Shown: piece by piece, positions 1 to 11,720 of the stretch
Numbering within the stretch: position 1 is the first letter of the stretch
Layout: every line of letters starts with the position of its first letter
NCBI GenBank assembly: GCA_951406725.2
Contig: OX597816.1
Span: 150,350,001 to 150,414,000 of the forward strand
Direction of reading: 5' to 3'
Source of the DNA: Octopus vulgaris
Taxonomy: Eukaryota
Length of the DNA stretch: 64,000 nucleotides
The notes under the pieces: generated by a model
The model's input: the letters and a program-made list of their open reading frames with translations, nothing else
Told to the model about the DNA's origin: nothing
Databases searched by the model: none
Program-made: the position numbers and the translations under genes

Positions 1-82
1 CCTCTGGCTCACCAGTCCTCAGTCAAACTGTCCACCCATGCCAGCATGGAAAGCGGACGTAAAACGATGATGATGATAATGA
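1..82 (+). mobile_element. 3' tail fragment of RTE-clade LINE
   Basis: CCCATGCCAGCATGGAAAGCGGACGTAAAACGATGATGAT matches the 3' terminus and (GAT)n tail of the RTE copy at 11721-14070. Confidence 0.85.
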
Positions 83-403
83 ATTTCAGCATGAATCTAT
101 TTATACTGTGATTAAATATCATGTAAGCACCTCGCAGTATTATTTTAAAATATGCTAGTATACTCCAATATGTAATGTTTGGCACAGGTTTCAGTATCAT
201 ATCACTATCAGCTATGCCTGCATCCATGCATATATACATCCAACTGTTCATACCCATATTATAGTTAAGATTTTGGTTATGAGATTTATTTTATATGACT
301 TGTACAACCAGTATTGTACTGTGTAAGGTACATAACTCCATTTGCACTTGAAACGATTCTCCAGGATTAGTTAAGATGTAAGAAATTTCATCACGTAACA
401 AAA

Positions 404-406
<3 letters not shown>

Positions 407-454
<48 letters not shown>
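407..454. repeat. (TA)n microsatellite
   Basis: Perfect dinucleotide run. Confidence 0.95.
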
Positions 455-457
<3 letters not shown>

Positions 458-561
458 AGAGTGTATAATTGTGAATAAATCACAATTATAGCAGAGAGGG
501 TTGTAAAAACCTTCGCAATGTATTTTCGCATTCCTTTTGCACACACACACATATATATGTG

Positions 562-804
562 TCCATGTGTCTAACACACGTGGACATGCCTACAAAGTCA
601 GAAAACAGCACAGCTCCCATGACTTTCGGAAACATTTTTTCACGCTCAGGGTTGCTGAAGCGTGGAATAAACTGCCTGCATCAGTTGTTGACTTCCATGA
701 CACTGCATCCTTTAAGGCCCTCATGCTTCCCGAAATCCGTCGAAACTACACCTGATTATATATACACTTTAGATGAGTTGTAGTGCACCTGAGCACTGTA
801 CACA

Positions 805-841
<37 letters not shown>
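562..841 (+). mobile_element. CR1-like LINE 3' end (ORF2 C-terminus, 3'UTR, (ATT)n tail)
   Basis: Peptide TRGHAYKVRK..FRKHFFTLRVAEAWNKLPASVV..SFK fits the CR1-group ORF2 C-terminal motif and is followed by a short UTR and an (ATT)n tail. Confidence 0.8.
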
Positions 842-844
<3 letters not shown>

Positions 845-856
845 CATCATCATGAT

Positions 857-963
857 ATAGTGTAGTGGGTGCTTTTTACGTGCCAGGGGAGGCTGGCAAC
901 GGTCACGATCGGTTGGTGCTTTTTACGTACCACCTGCACGGAAGCCAGTTCGGATGGTGCTTT
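857..963 (-). mobile_element. Fragment of RTE 3'UTR minisatellite
   Basis: GGTGCTTTTTACGTGCC units like those at 11880-12110. Confidence 0.7.
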
Positions 964-998
<35 letters not shown>

Positions 999-1000
999 AA

Positions 1001-1560
1001 GATAATGGTACAACAATGCACCAGTATTTACTGAAAACAGCAGTCGATAATATACGACGCTATAGTAAAGCTTCACTATATATATATATATATACTGGCA
1101 ATCATATATGCAGGCGGCGCTGGCATAAAATAATTCATCTTACCTATAGGAAGAACATCAAATAAATGTACAACCCAGATGTGGATAATCTAGGACCTAG
1201 GTTTCGAACTTTCCAAATTAGGTTTGTTAACGTAAATTTGATTAGTCCTCATCGGCTAGATTCACCTAGACAAAATCTTAAATGTCGCTGCATCAGTGCC
1301 ACTGTATACTCGTCTGAAGCGCCTAGCCGTTAACAGACCGAGAACAGTGAAAAAGTTTTCAAAGAAAAAATTATTAAATACTGCAGTACAATAGTATTGC
1401 TTCCCAGTAAAACAAAGCACCAACAGGTTAAAGTGTAAATAAGATAGTGGTCCAACAATGCATCAATATTTACTGGAAGTAGCAGACGATAATATACGAT
1501 GCTAGAGTAAAACTTCACTGTATATATATATAATGGCAAACATATTTGCAGGCGGGAAGC
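1001..1560. repeat. Diverged ~115-bp direct repeats (about 1001-1118 and 1443-1558) flanking a hammerhead-like motif
   Basis: GATAATGGTACAACAATGCACCAGTATTTACTG...ATATGCAGGCGG versus GATAGTGGTCCAACAATGCATCAATATTTACTG...ATTTGCAGGCGG. Confidence 0.8.
1187..1262 (-). ncRNA. Type I hammerhead ribozyme motif (U4C core variant)
   Basis: Minus strand reads aatctag-CCGATGA-GGACt..aGTTC-GAAA-C-CTAG-GTC-ctagatt: 7-bp stem I, extended stem II, palindromic stem III ACCTAGGT and a GUC cleavage triplet. Confidence 0.7.
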
Positions 1561-1578
1561 TATACTATTATATTGCAC

Positions 1579-1615
<37 letters not shown>

Positions 1616-1639
1616 CCACTCGGAATTAATGTACATGTT

Positions 1640-2397
1640 CTACACAACATAGCGTAATTATTGTAAATTCATTTTCGGACATATACCATCGATCCCCCAC
1701 CTCACCCCCAAAAAATTTATAGCAATTTGGTGACTGTAACAAAGACGTTGAAAATAGCAGTCCTCTGTTGAAAGGACTCACATGACCTCTGGACAAGCTG
1801 GACATGTATTCTTATTCGAGATTTGTTCTATATACATATACAGCGGTTTCATAATTTTAATAACAATTGACCGTTGATATTTAGATAGATATTTTAAATA
1901 ACGTCTCGTTAAAACAATCGAAGAAGTTTAGTAACATAAAATTTTATACACGCATAACTGAACTGGAGGGGAAAAATTTTATAATCAATAAATGTTCCAT
2001 GGTGTCTTTCTCAGGGAATCTGAGACAATCTGTAACGACCATAATTTGATGTTTAAAAAAAAAAAAAAATATGGTCTAAGGGAAACAACTTAGTGTTGAA
2101 CTAGTAGGAGTTACGTTTTCATTGTTTTTCTCAGGAACGACATAGGACGATATTATCGTAGAGAAAAAAGTATTGAATTAATTTTAGTGAGGGGATACTT
2201 TTTCTTTTCTTTTTTTTTTTTTTTTTGACAATCTCGCTGTACGTTCTTTGTTTTTATTAAATAGTATTATTGTACAAGTGATTTGCACCGATACTTACTA
2301 CAAGGCAATTATTACTGTAACGCAACTGCTACAAATGTTGCCACTAATAAACCTCAGTCTGCTTCCCCTTCTCTGTTTGGCTACAATATGTTAATAC

Positions 2398-2430
<33 letters not shown>

Positions 2431-2445
2431 GAGTTCGTGCGTAAA
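1640..2445. promoter_or_regulatory. CpG-retaining, promoter-like unique region
   Basis: Many CpGs in non-repeat sequence, ending near the (CT)n at 2399-2429; unique DNA to the right looks CpG-poor by eye. Confidence 0.4.
1782..1805 (-). CDS. Candidate start-codon exon segment (MSSLSRGH) of an unidentified gene continuing left of the window
   Basis: Minus strand ATG TCC AGC TTG TCC AGA GGT CAT followed by a GTGAGT donor (1776-1781); possible acceptor TTTTTCCCCTCCAG at 1963-1976; lies in a CpG-retaining region. Confidence 0.35.
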
Positions 2446-3749
2446 TATAATATATGGCTGTATAGTTAAGAAGTTTGCTTTGCATATTATGTGATTTGGG
2501 GTTCAATCCATTTGTGTGACACCTTGGGTGTCTTTTGTTATAGTCTCTAAGGCAGCCAAACCTTTGGCCCTATAATGTGGTTACCAGATTCTGCAAGGAG
2601 AAACCATTCCCTATTTGGAAAGGTAGATTTAAAGCGTTGTTTGGCTTAACATCCGTCTAGTCTATGAGTACCTTTACTGAAATCTACTCTGTTGCAAGTC
2701 TACTCTGTTGCAAGTATTTATGCCCAGTATCTGGTTTCAGATAAATTTCTTCCTTCCAGTCTCAGAAGCTCTGAAATAAGTTATAGGGCTATCCTTCACC
2801 TTCTGAAGAAGCTATAAAATTTTTGCTTAATTTAGTTTCAATCATACTTAACTATATTACATATTATTGGACAAACTAATTTCTATTTACCTAAGTCAAA
2901 TGACGATCAAATATAATTTAGTTTTCTCTCCATGGAAAAAAAATGAGTGATTAGTGTTAAAACAATGGTTTTTCTTATTGAGAAGAATCTTCTAAAGAGC
3001 CGGTAAACATAGAAAGATATAAATAGTTGGGTTGGAGTCGAACTATTCTTATGGCAACCTCAACAGTTAAGAATTCTTTCATTATGGTGCTGAATTTCAT
3101 AACTACTAATTTGTAGAATTTAATAACCACATAGTTGGCATGTTAATTAATACAATACAATATGTGCTTGTAGTAACAATCCATTTTTCTTGTGCTAACT
3201 CTTTCTACCAGTTAGGCAACCACAAAATACTTGAGAGCTTTAGCCAGATGCAGGCAGTAATTTCAATGATATAATATGAACCTTTAACCCTTGCAACTGA
3301 AAAGATAATGCCTTGACCACTGGGCTATTAAAACTCTTCTGTTTCATTATTTATAGAGAAATATTAAACATCATGTGATTTCTTAGTACTGTTAGTCAAA
3401 AATAGATATTCATGTTCATTATTTCTTACTTTGATTAATGAGTTATTAAATAATTTTACATCCACAAAATAACTTGATATTTTTTATTTGATGACAAAGC
3501 TGTTTTATGTTAAATGTTAGGAAACTATTTTCATCATTCCCTTTTATTTTTAGTCTTGTTTTTTTTTTTTATGTTAAAATAACTCTGGCAAGAGAGAAGC
3601 AGTGGAGTTATGAAAATGGTAGAGCACACACCAAACTAAATATATTACAGTATTTAGTTTCATTCCTCTCATTCTGGATTCACTTATATTCAGATATGAC
3701 TTCACTTTATATCCTTCCACAGTCGATAAAATAAGTACCAGTTATTGGC

Positions 3750-3910
3750 ATGAGGGCGATTGTGTGGTTAAGGTATTTGCTTAACAACTATGTGGGTTTT
3801 GTTCAATTCCACCGTGCAACACCTTGAACAAGTGCCTTCTGTCATAACCTAACTTCTTTGAAAGGCCTGCAAATGAATTTTGGCTGACAGAAACTCTATG
3901 AAAGCCCATT
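3750..3910 (+). mobile_element. Decayed 5' part of tRNA-derived SINE (family A)
   Basis: GTGTGGTTAAG..GTTCAATTCCACCGTGCAACACCTTGAACAAGTG resembles the head of 45385-45808; similar remnants near 2455, 33415 and 61030. Confidence 0.6.
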
Positions 3911-4419
3911 GGAGGGACCACTCTTGTTTATGAGTGACAGATTTAATCTTCTACCCACTCCCAGTTCAGCACCACCTCCACGTGACCCGTGAGTGTCTCT
4001 TGAGGATTCCATTGTGTTGTAAGCATTCACAACAAATCCCAATTTGATTATCCCTTCCTGTAGTCTAAGGCTCTGAAAAAAATGTTTTTGGTGCTACTTT
4101 TCCTCTTGATTATGCCATCTAAAAAAAAAAAATAAAAGGAAGCAAAAGAAGAAGCAATATTCATTAACTAAAAGAATATGTCATTTAAATATCTTGATTC
4201 AACAGAGAGTCAACTGGTCTAGATACTTTATGGTATATATCACTAACAATATGTACTAATTCAGTCATCATCATCATGCTGACTGAATTATTATGTTACA
4301 AGAAACATATACAGTAAAATATTTAGCACAGCTTAATACTTCTTGCACAGCATAACCTGAATTGATTTATTACATAGGCACAAGGTTACATATTTTTTAA
4401 TAATTGAATATTAATTGCC

Positions 4420-4862
4420 TTAAAAAGCACATAAAAAGCACCAGCTGAACATGGCTGATGCCAGTACCCCCAGACTGGCTCCCTTGCCGGTTGCACGTAA
4501 AAAGCACCAACCAAACGTGGTTGATGCCAGGTCCACCTGACTGGCTCCTGTGCCAGTGACACGTAAAAAGCACCATATAAACGTGGCTGATACCAGTACA
4601 TCCTGACTGGCCCCCATGCCAGTAGCACGTAAAAAGCACTATCTGAACATGATTGATGCCAGGCCTGCCTGACTGGCTCCTGAACTGGTGGCATGTAAAA
4701 AGCACCCACTACACTCTCAGAGTGGTTGGTGCAGCTGTAGAAATATTGCCAGATCAGACTGGAGCCTGGTACAGCTGCTGGCTCCAGAACTCAGTCAAAC
4801 CATCCAACCCATGCCAGCATGGAAAATGGACATTAAACGATGATGATGATAATGATGATGAT
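4420..4862 (+). mobile_element. RTE 3'UTR fragment with ~4.5 tandem ~64-bp units and (GAT)n tail
   Basis: Repeated GCACGTAAAAAGCACC units followed by CCAACCCATGCCAGCATGGAAAATGGACATTAAACGATGATGAT. Confidence 0.85.
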
Positions 4863-7644
4863 ATATAATATCATAGTCTCAGTCAACAATAATACAAAAC
4901 TTACAACAGGATCTTGTAATAGGAAACTAGTGATATTGTTGTAATGATGTTATTTTTAGTAGTGATGTTGTTGTGATATTGTAATGGTGATGTTATTTTT
5001 ATGAGCTGTAAGGTTGGAGGATTGGCAAGATTGGTAGAGTGTCAGACAAAATACCTTGCTGTATTTACTTAGTTCTATATTCTGAGTTGATTATGTCACT
5101 GAGATCAAGTGTGCCTTTCATCCTCTCAGCCTGGGAGGATGAAAGCACACTTGCTGATAAAATAAGTATTTGTAGAGTAATAAAATCATTATAATGAGCT
5201 GCTCCCTCCCATCAGATTTGTGGCCTTTTGTGAAAATTGTATTTCATTTATTACTCTAATTCCTTTTTTATTTTCTCTTCACTAAAATTCTAGAACTTCA
5301 TGAATATCTTAAAGAGAAAAAGGTATTTTTGGCACATTTAACAATGATAAAATTAATTCTAAACTTTAATAACGATTCCCAGTTGAAACAATTTATTTAG
5401 CTAATAATAATGTCTCAACTCAATGGATTTCTTTCATTTATCTCTTACAACAAAAGGAATAGTCTGTGAAGGTCAGCCATGACATAGTAGATATTTCAAA
5501 AAGAAGGCTCTCCAATTTGGAATTGCTTTAACTAATGAACTCATTAATCTTTCAAACAATTTTGTTTTATTTTTTCATTCATGTCATTTTTTTTATATAC
5601 TTTATCTATTTCAGGTTTAGTTTTAGGAAATATCACAGATACAATGATTAATCAAAAATTGATAGTCAATTGACAATATAATGTGCAGGTGGACAGACTA
5701 ATACTAATTAATGTAATATTGGTTTACTTTGGCCAATTTATTTTAGAGAAGAATATAGTCAACTGGATGAATCTAAACATATTATTGATACTGGTACTTA
5801 TTTTAGTTACATCAAAGTTATAAAAACTAAAGTCATCTTCAGCAGAACTTGAAATGAAAATATAAAGGTTTGAAACTGAAGACAAAAAAGAAGTTAGTTT
5901 AGCAGTCTACCTTCTGCTCATATTAAAAATAACCTTCTGCTTTATTGGCAGATAATTCTACTGATAACCTCCTGCATATATGTGACTGTTATATTGGGTT
6001 GTTGTTCTATCTTATCCATGCTTCTTTGCTTCTGCTACCTAGAACTTGTTGGCAATAATCCAAATGTCTTCAAAACTTTGAACTTCATCCATTAATCTTA
6101 CACTTTACCATTTTTTAGGCCTTGTGTTGATTTCATTTGACTAAGAACAAAGCATATTTGTTTGAAAATGCAATAAACTCACCAACCCATCATTCTATTA
6201 TCTTAGCTAGGCCACCTGGTCTAGTAAGCCAATTAAATCATGCTCTGGGTATTGCTAATATTTTTTTATGACTCTGACTGGATAAAAGGTAAAAATTCAT
6301 CTCAGTGAATTTTATCAAAACTAATTCCACAAAAGATCTTATCTAGATTATATTATGTTGTCATCTAAAGCTTTTATTAATTTGGTTCCTTTATATTCAA
6401 ATATCTGAAGTCTTTAATCCTAACTGAGGCACAAGGCCTTGAATTTTGGTGAAGGGTATTGTCCATTATAGCAATACCAAAACTTCACTGGTACATACTT
6501 TATTGACTCCAGTGGATTGAAAGATAAAGATACCTCCTGTGAGATATGAAAACACACCATAGACATAATTAAATACTACAAGACATTTAGTCTGGTACAC
6601 TAACATTATACCTGTTGGTAATAATAATATTAATTATTATGCCTTGTAACATCTATTTATAACCCCTTATTTTCTGGGTCAAAAATTGTTGAGGTCAACT
6701 TGCTATTCATCCTTCAAGGGTTAATTAGATAAATAGTAGTAATATTTTATTCACAAATACACTGGGGTGAGGCATAATCAGCTAAATTAATTAGGGTAGA
6801 AGTCTGGACATTTTTAGAGACTTCTATTTCCTAAATGTTTGAACTTATTAAAAATTATTATTGTTGCTTGAAATTGGAAGGGTTTTACAGATTTTTCACA
6901 GCTCAGAGGGCCACATATTGCTCTGCAGTCTCGATTTTGGCTTGTTTCTTACAATAAGACGCTCTTCCTAACATCAATAATTCTAGAGAGTGTACTGGGT
7001 GTATTTTTTCATTGCACTAGTACTGGAGGGGTTGCCTTGCTATCAGCAAGACTTAAAAAAAGCCCTCAAGTCCTGCATTGTTACTGGTCAAATCACTTAC
7101 AGAGTGCACTAGGTTCTTTATGTGAAATCATCACTACTGTAATTGCCTTGCAGCTTGCAAAGTGAAAGAGAGCCCCCATGATGGATGAAACTGATTTGTT
7201 GATACGAGACGATGGCATCAGAGAGAATAACAGAAGAAAAAGAGTTGGATGGGAGAGGAGAAGAGCAAGAGTAGTATCAGGAATTAGTGTGAAGGAGGTG
7301 AGCAGTAGTAATAGTGATGGGGTAGTTAGAGTAGATGGACCCAGTGATGGATTAGGTAAGTCAGTCTGCCATACCAGCATGGACTGGAGGATTTGTCATG
7401 GTCCAAGATAGTTTGGAATTAAACAAGTTTGATGTTGAAAAAGGCCAGTGGATAAGAGACTAACAGAGACAGTATTAGGGAAGGGGCAATAAGAGGAAAT
7501 GGGAAAAGTAGTGCCAGGAGATTTCTGAGAAAGAGTTAGACAGTAACATAGTGGCAGGAAGGGTTGATTAGGAGGAGATGTACTGTTAACCCATGTTATA
7601 CATGGGTGAGTAAAGTTGTATGTTAAGAAAAAGTTAAAACAGAG

Positions 7645-7860
7645 AAGATTAGCAGAATTGTTAGCATGCTGGACAAAATTCTTAACAGTATTTCTTCCCA
7701 CTTTATATTCTGAGTTCAAATTCCAGTAAGGTTGACTTTCCCTTTCATCCTTTCAGGGTCAATAAAATAACTAGCAGTTGAGTTTGTCAATGTAAGCAAC
7801 TAGCCACCTTCCTCAAAATTCCAGACCTTGTCCCTATAGTAGAAAGAATTATTATTATTT
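7645..7860 (+). mobile_element. SINE family B
   Basis: GCAGAATTGTTAGCATGCTGG..TTCTGAGTTCAAATTCC..CCTTTCATCCTTTCAGGGTCAATAAAATAA with (ATT)n end; relatives near 5005-5245 (+) and 6420-6610 (-). Confidence 0.65.
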
Positions 7861-8369
7861 TGCTGTTAAGCAATCAAAATCAACTTTGGGATAGTTATTA
7901 ATGAATTGTTAAATTTGAATAGCCATCTTTTTAATGTATGGTCTTTATTTTAAAGATGATTATGAATTTGTTGATGAGCATCTGCTTGCTATATCTAGCA
8001 CATCAAATAATTGTATGGAAACTACATAACTGACATTTTTATTGAGTGTCCATATCTTCTATCTATGAATAGTCCAATGGAAAGGAAAGTCATGTTGTAT
8101 TACTGTCTTTCCTAAAAGCACTGGTGACACAAGGAAAATTAAATGACTACACCCAGTAATTAAAAGTGGGTTGTTAAAAATTCATATTTGTTTTTAACAT
8201 TCATTATAATAATGAGCCAGTGAGTAAGCTTCTACACAATTGTTCAGTTTCCTAGAAATAGCAGTTAAATTTCTTTCAAATAACACTACCATCTTTAAAA
8301 AAAAACTAATGTGCTAGATATACAAAAAGCAAAGAAATGCCTTTGCTCAGTCAAGGCTAACAACAATCA

Positions 8370-8756
8370 TCTCTCTATATATAAACGGCAGTTTGTCTGT
8401 GCGTGTTTCTGTGTGTCTGTTTTCTCGTACCCTCACCCTGACCACGGCTTTCAACCGATTCTGATGAAACTTGACACACACATAGCCCAATGTCATAATT
8501 CAAAACTAACGCAGCGAAAATTTTGAAAAGTTCCCCCAGTTCTGAAAAAAATCGATAAATTCGACATGGGGTCGAGAATCAAAAAAAACAAACCACAGAC
8601 TGTCTAGGGGACGCAACTCAACCTTTTTTTACTCTCAAAAAAAAATTTACCATAATTTTTTTTCCATTTTTTTGCTATTTTTTGGCTATAACTCTCTAAA
8701 AATGCTTTATAGTTATTTCCCTTACAAACCTGAGCAACGCCGGGCGATACTGCTAG
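8370..8756 (+). mobile_element. Non-autonomous Helitron
   Basis: 5' A|TC (TCTCTCTATATATAAA), subterminal hairpin CCTGAGCAACGCCGGG at 8729-8744, 3' CTAG|T; inserted between A and T with no TSD. Confidence 0.8.
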
Positions 8757-8844
8757 TCTTAAAATAAAGATAATGACTGAAGGCAAAATATCTTTCTGTA
8801 TTGTATTGGACTCATTTTGAAGAAGGAGCTGCACCCTTGGCCTT

Positions 8845-9050
8845 TGTAGATTCTCTGAGATTCGTACAATTAATGTGTTGATGTTTCTCTTGAATAATTG
8901 TAAGTTGATGACTGCAGGGAAAAAATGTGCAAGTAAGAAATTCCAAAGGTACTATGTTCTGAGGAGAAAGGATTGGTAATGGTAATTAGTACTAGATCTG
9001 AGAAGGGGCTCTATGTGTGACAAGAGGAGGGACTGGCACAAGCCCAATTT
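8845..9050 (-). mobile_element. Decayed LINE ORF2 C-terminus (CR1/L2/Jockey-like)
   Basis: Minus strand translates SFLLRT*YLWNFLLAHFFPAVINLQLFKRNIN, resembling the SFFPRT..LWNSLP..VFP....FK motif. Confidence 0.55.
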
Positions 9051-11720
9051 CATAACGAGGCATATACTTGATTGATTTATTTTTTCCTTAAACCCCAAGA
9101 TATACTTGAAATTTAGTGTTTAACTCCAACTTCATAGTTTAAAGTAGATGAGCGATGAATTGTTTCCCTATCCAAGAAATCTTTCTTGAATAAGATCCTC
9201 TCACCTATGATATTTATTCCCAATTGCTGAATAAACAGGTATAGAAAATAAAATAGCTTATCCTGAAACACAACAAAATGCCTGCAATGAATTTGAAGTC
9301 GCAGTCCATATGTCTGTGAATGTTGTCTTTTATACCAAGTAACTCAATTCTAGTATACTACTGGAACTTAATTATTGAAGCATAAAAGGCTAAGACAACT
9401 TTGGTGGAATATGAACTTACAATATAGATAAACAAAACTAAATAACAGAATTTAGCTCAGCCCTGTACCATTTCTGCCGACTAAGCATTTGTCTTCTCTT
9501 TTCATAATACATATTTGTTCCAAACCTTCAACTCTTAGATTAGCTAAAAAGAAATTCTTCAAATTTCCTCTCTACTCCCACCTGCAAGTAGCTGTGCATA
9601 TTGTGTAAGTCGTTGTTATTGTTGTTGCTTACTAAAGTTACATTCATTCCAGTCTCCTGGTCATGAGTCACTTTACTGGTAGTTTTGACAGTAAAAATAT
9701 CATATTAGCATTCCATATTACCTTTTTACACAAGGATGAAGAAACAAAACAGTGCATTGCTCATTATCCTCTGGTACAGCAGCGCATCATGCCATAGAGT
9801 CTATTACAACTGCTTCTTTTTCATTTTCTTTGTGTGTGTGTGCACATATCACATATCAGTGTATGCATGTGTGCATGCATGTACACTCCTCAGTGAAGGA
9901 TGTTTCAATTTGGCTGAATATATCTGTATGTCAGTAGTTTTTTTGAGCTGTGCAAGTGACATGTTTGATGTCTCTTCCATCTGATGCTGAGTGACTCAAT
10001 TGACATCCAATCCAACCAAACATCTCTTTCTCTCCAGCACTATACATTCACAAGAAATTATATTGAAAAAAATAGGGACAGTTAAAATGTCAGCTTATGA
10101 GTCATGAGTTATTTTATACTCCCCACATGTTCATGTCCCCTTGACCAAGGTGCTTAACCTAAGTATGATTGCATTGAAAGACAAGATCTACACTAGTAAG
10201 TTTTCATATCCCTTGAAACTAACTGGAGATGTCACAGTGAACTTCAGTTTTTACAGAGACATGGAAACAAAGAACAATAATTTGAGGACAGTATTGGTGA
10301 GGGTCAGTTACAGATGCAATAAGTTGGGATTTGAAACAAGAATTGTTATTCCTACCCAAACATTACTTTTCTTGGTGTTATTCATGTTTCAGATTTCAAA
10401 GTTGATATCTACAATGCAGTATTCATAACAAAGTTTACATGTTTAAATCTTTCATTAGCATTATGTCATATTCATAGGCAAGGTGCAGACATTTTGGGCC
10501 AAGATTCTTAATTGTTCCTGATTCAGTCTACATAACAGTAAATAGTATTACATTGAGGGAGTTGCACATATTATGAGTAGTAAAAGCTCTGTATAATTAG
10601 TGCTTTATTAGTTTGCAGGATTGGACTGAAGGCCTGTCAATGGCTACTGGTTTCATTAGTATCTGTGATACACACCAAACTAATGTCCCAATTATTTATC
10701 TCAGTGTCATAGAAACATTTAAACCCACCTTTTTGTAAAAACAAAATCTATTCTAATATATTGATCTAAGATAAAAGTTCTTCACAACAGCTGATGAAAA
10801 AACTGAGGTTATTGAGTCACTAACACATCTATTCCAAGAAATACACATCTATCCAGCCTTATAAATGAATGAAACAACAGATGTAAAATGAACAAAAAGA
10901 TGAAAGGAGAAAGATAAAAGAAAGAAAATCAATCACTTTTACTAATAATGCAACTCAGAAACCTGTAATCTAAAATAATGAAGGTTATGTATAATTTCAA
11001 CTCTTGTCAATATTATTTTTACAACAGTTAAATAAACTTAAGCAGTTCAATAAATCTATTACTGCCTTTGCACACTTTCTCTTCCTCCATACATGTTTTT
11101 TCATTCATTTTAAGACATTTCTATGCACATGTTGCATTGTTATTTTGTCTTGGTAGTGCAGATAATAACAACAAAGCAATATAGTGAATATTTACAGCTC
11201 TAGTGATAAGATGTTATGCAAATTTGTTTTGTGTTCCATATTTACATGTACAATAGAATGGAGAGAGTGCCATGATTTACTGAATTTTTTTTTTTTTTTC
11301 AAAGGAAGCAAACATTGAGACACATAGGAATGAGAAAGAATTGATTTAAAGCAATCTGATAACATTGTGTGTGTGTGTGTGTTGTAGCAAGACCCTTTCT
11401 CACCCCACAATCCATTAGAATTGCTGTCCCACATAATCCGTTAGTTAATTAATCCTTTCACAAACCACAAAGCATTTAACTGAAGTTTCTGCACTGTTAA
11501 GTAGATGAAAAATCAATCTTTCTTTAGATAAGATACATGACATTAATAAAATGAGGCAATGGTGAGAGAATTGCTTGCCTAGAGATACTGAAATGGCTAA
11601 GAACTCATTTCATACAGAAAAAAAAAGAGCAATTAACATCAGTAGCTGCTTACTTGCTTGTTTTATATTTTTAAATGGAATTTTAAATCTTACAAGAAAA
11701 AATTTGATTAAATTCCTTAT

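Noticed and set aside
4420-4710. CRISPR-like repeat-spacer appearance
   Set aside because: The spacers are homologous to one another, the array lies in an RTE 3'UTR, the context is eukaryotic and there are no cas genes
7093-7620. ORFs in purine/pyrimidine-skewed tracts (also 22436-22983)
   Set aside because: Low-complexity composition with no protein motif or splice support
8460-8475. CTGATGA as a hammerhead core
   Set aside because: No stem II or GAAA arrangement; it is Helitron interior. Similar partial strings near 10791, 24632, 39495, 44508 and 63765 also lack the full fold
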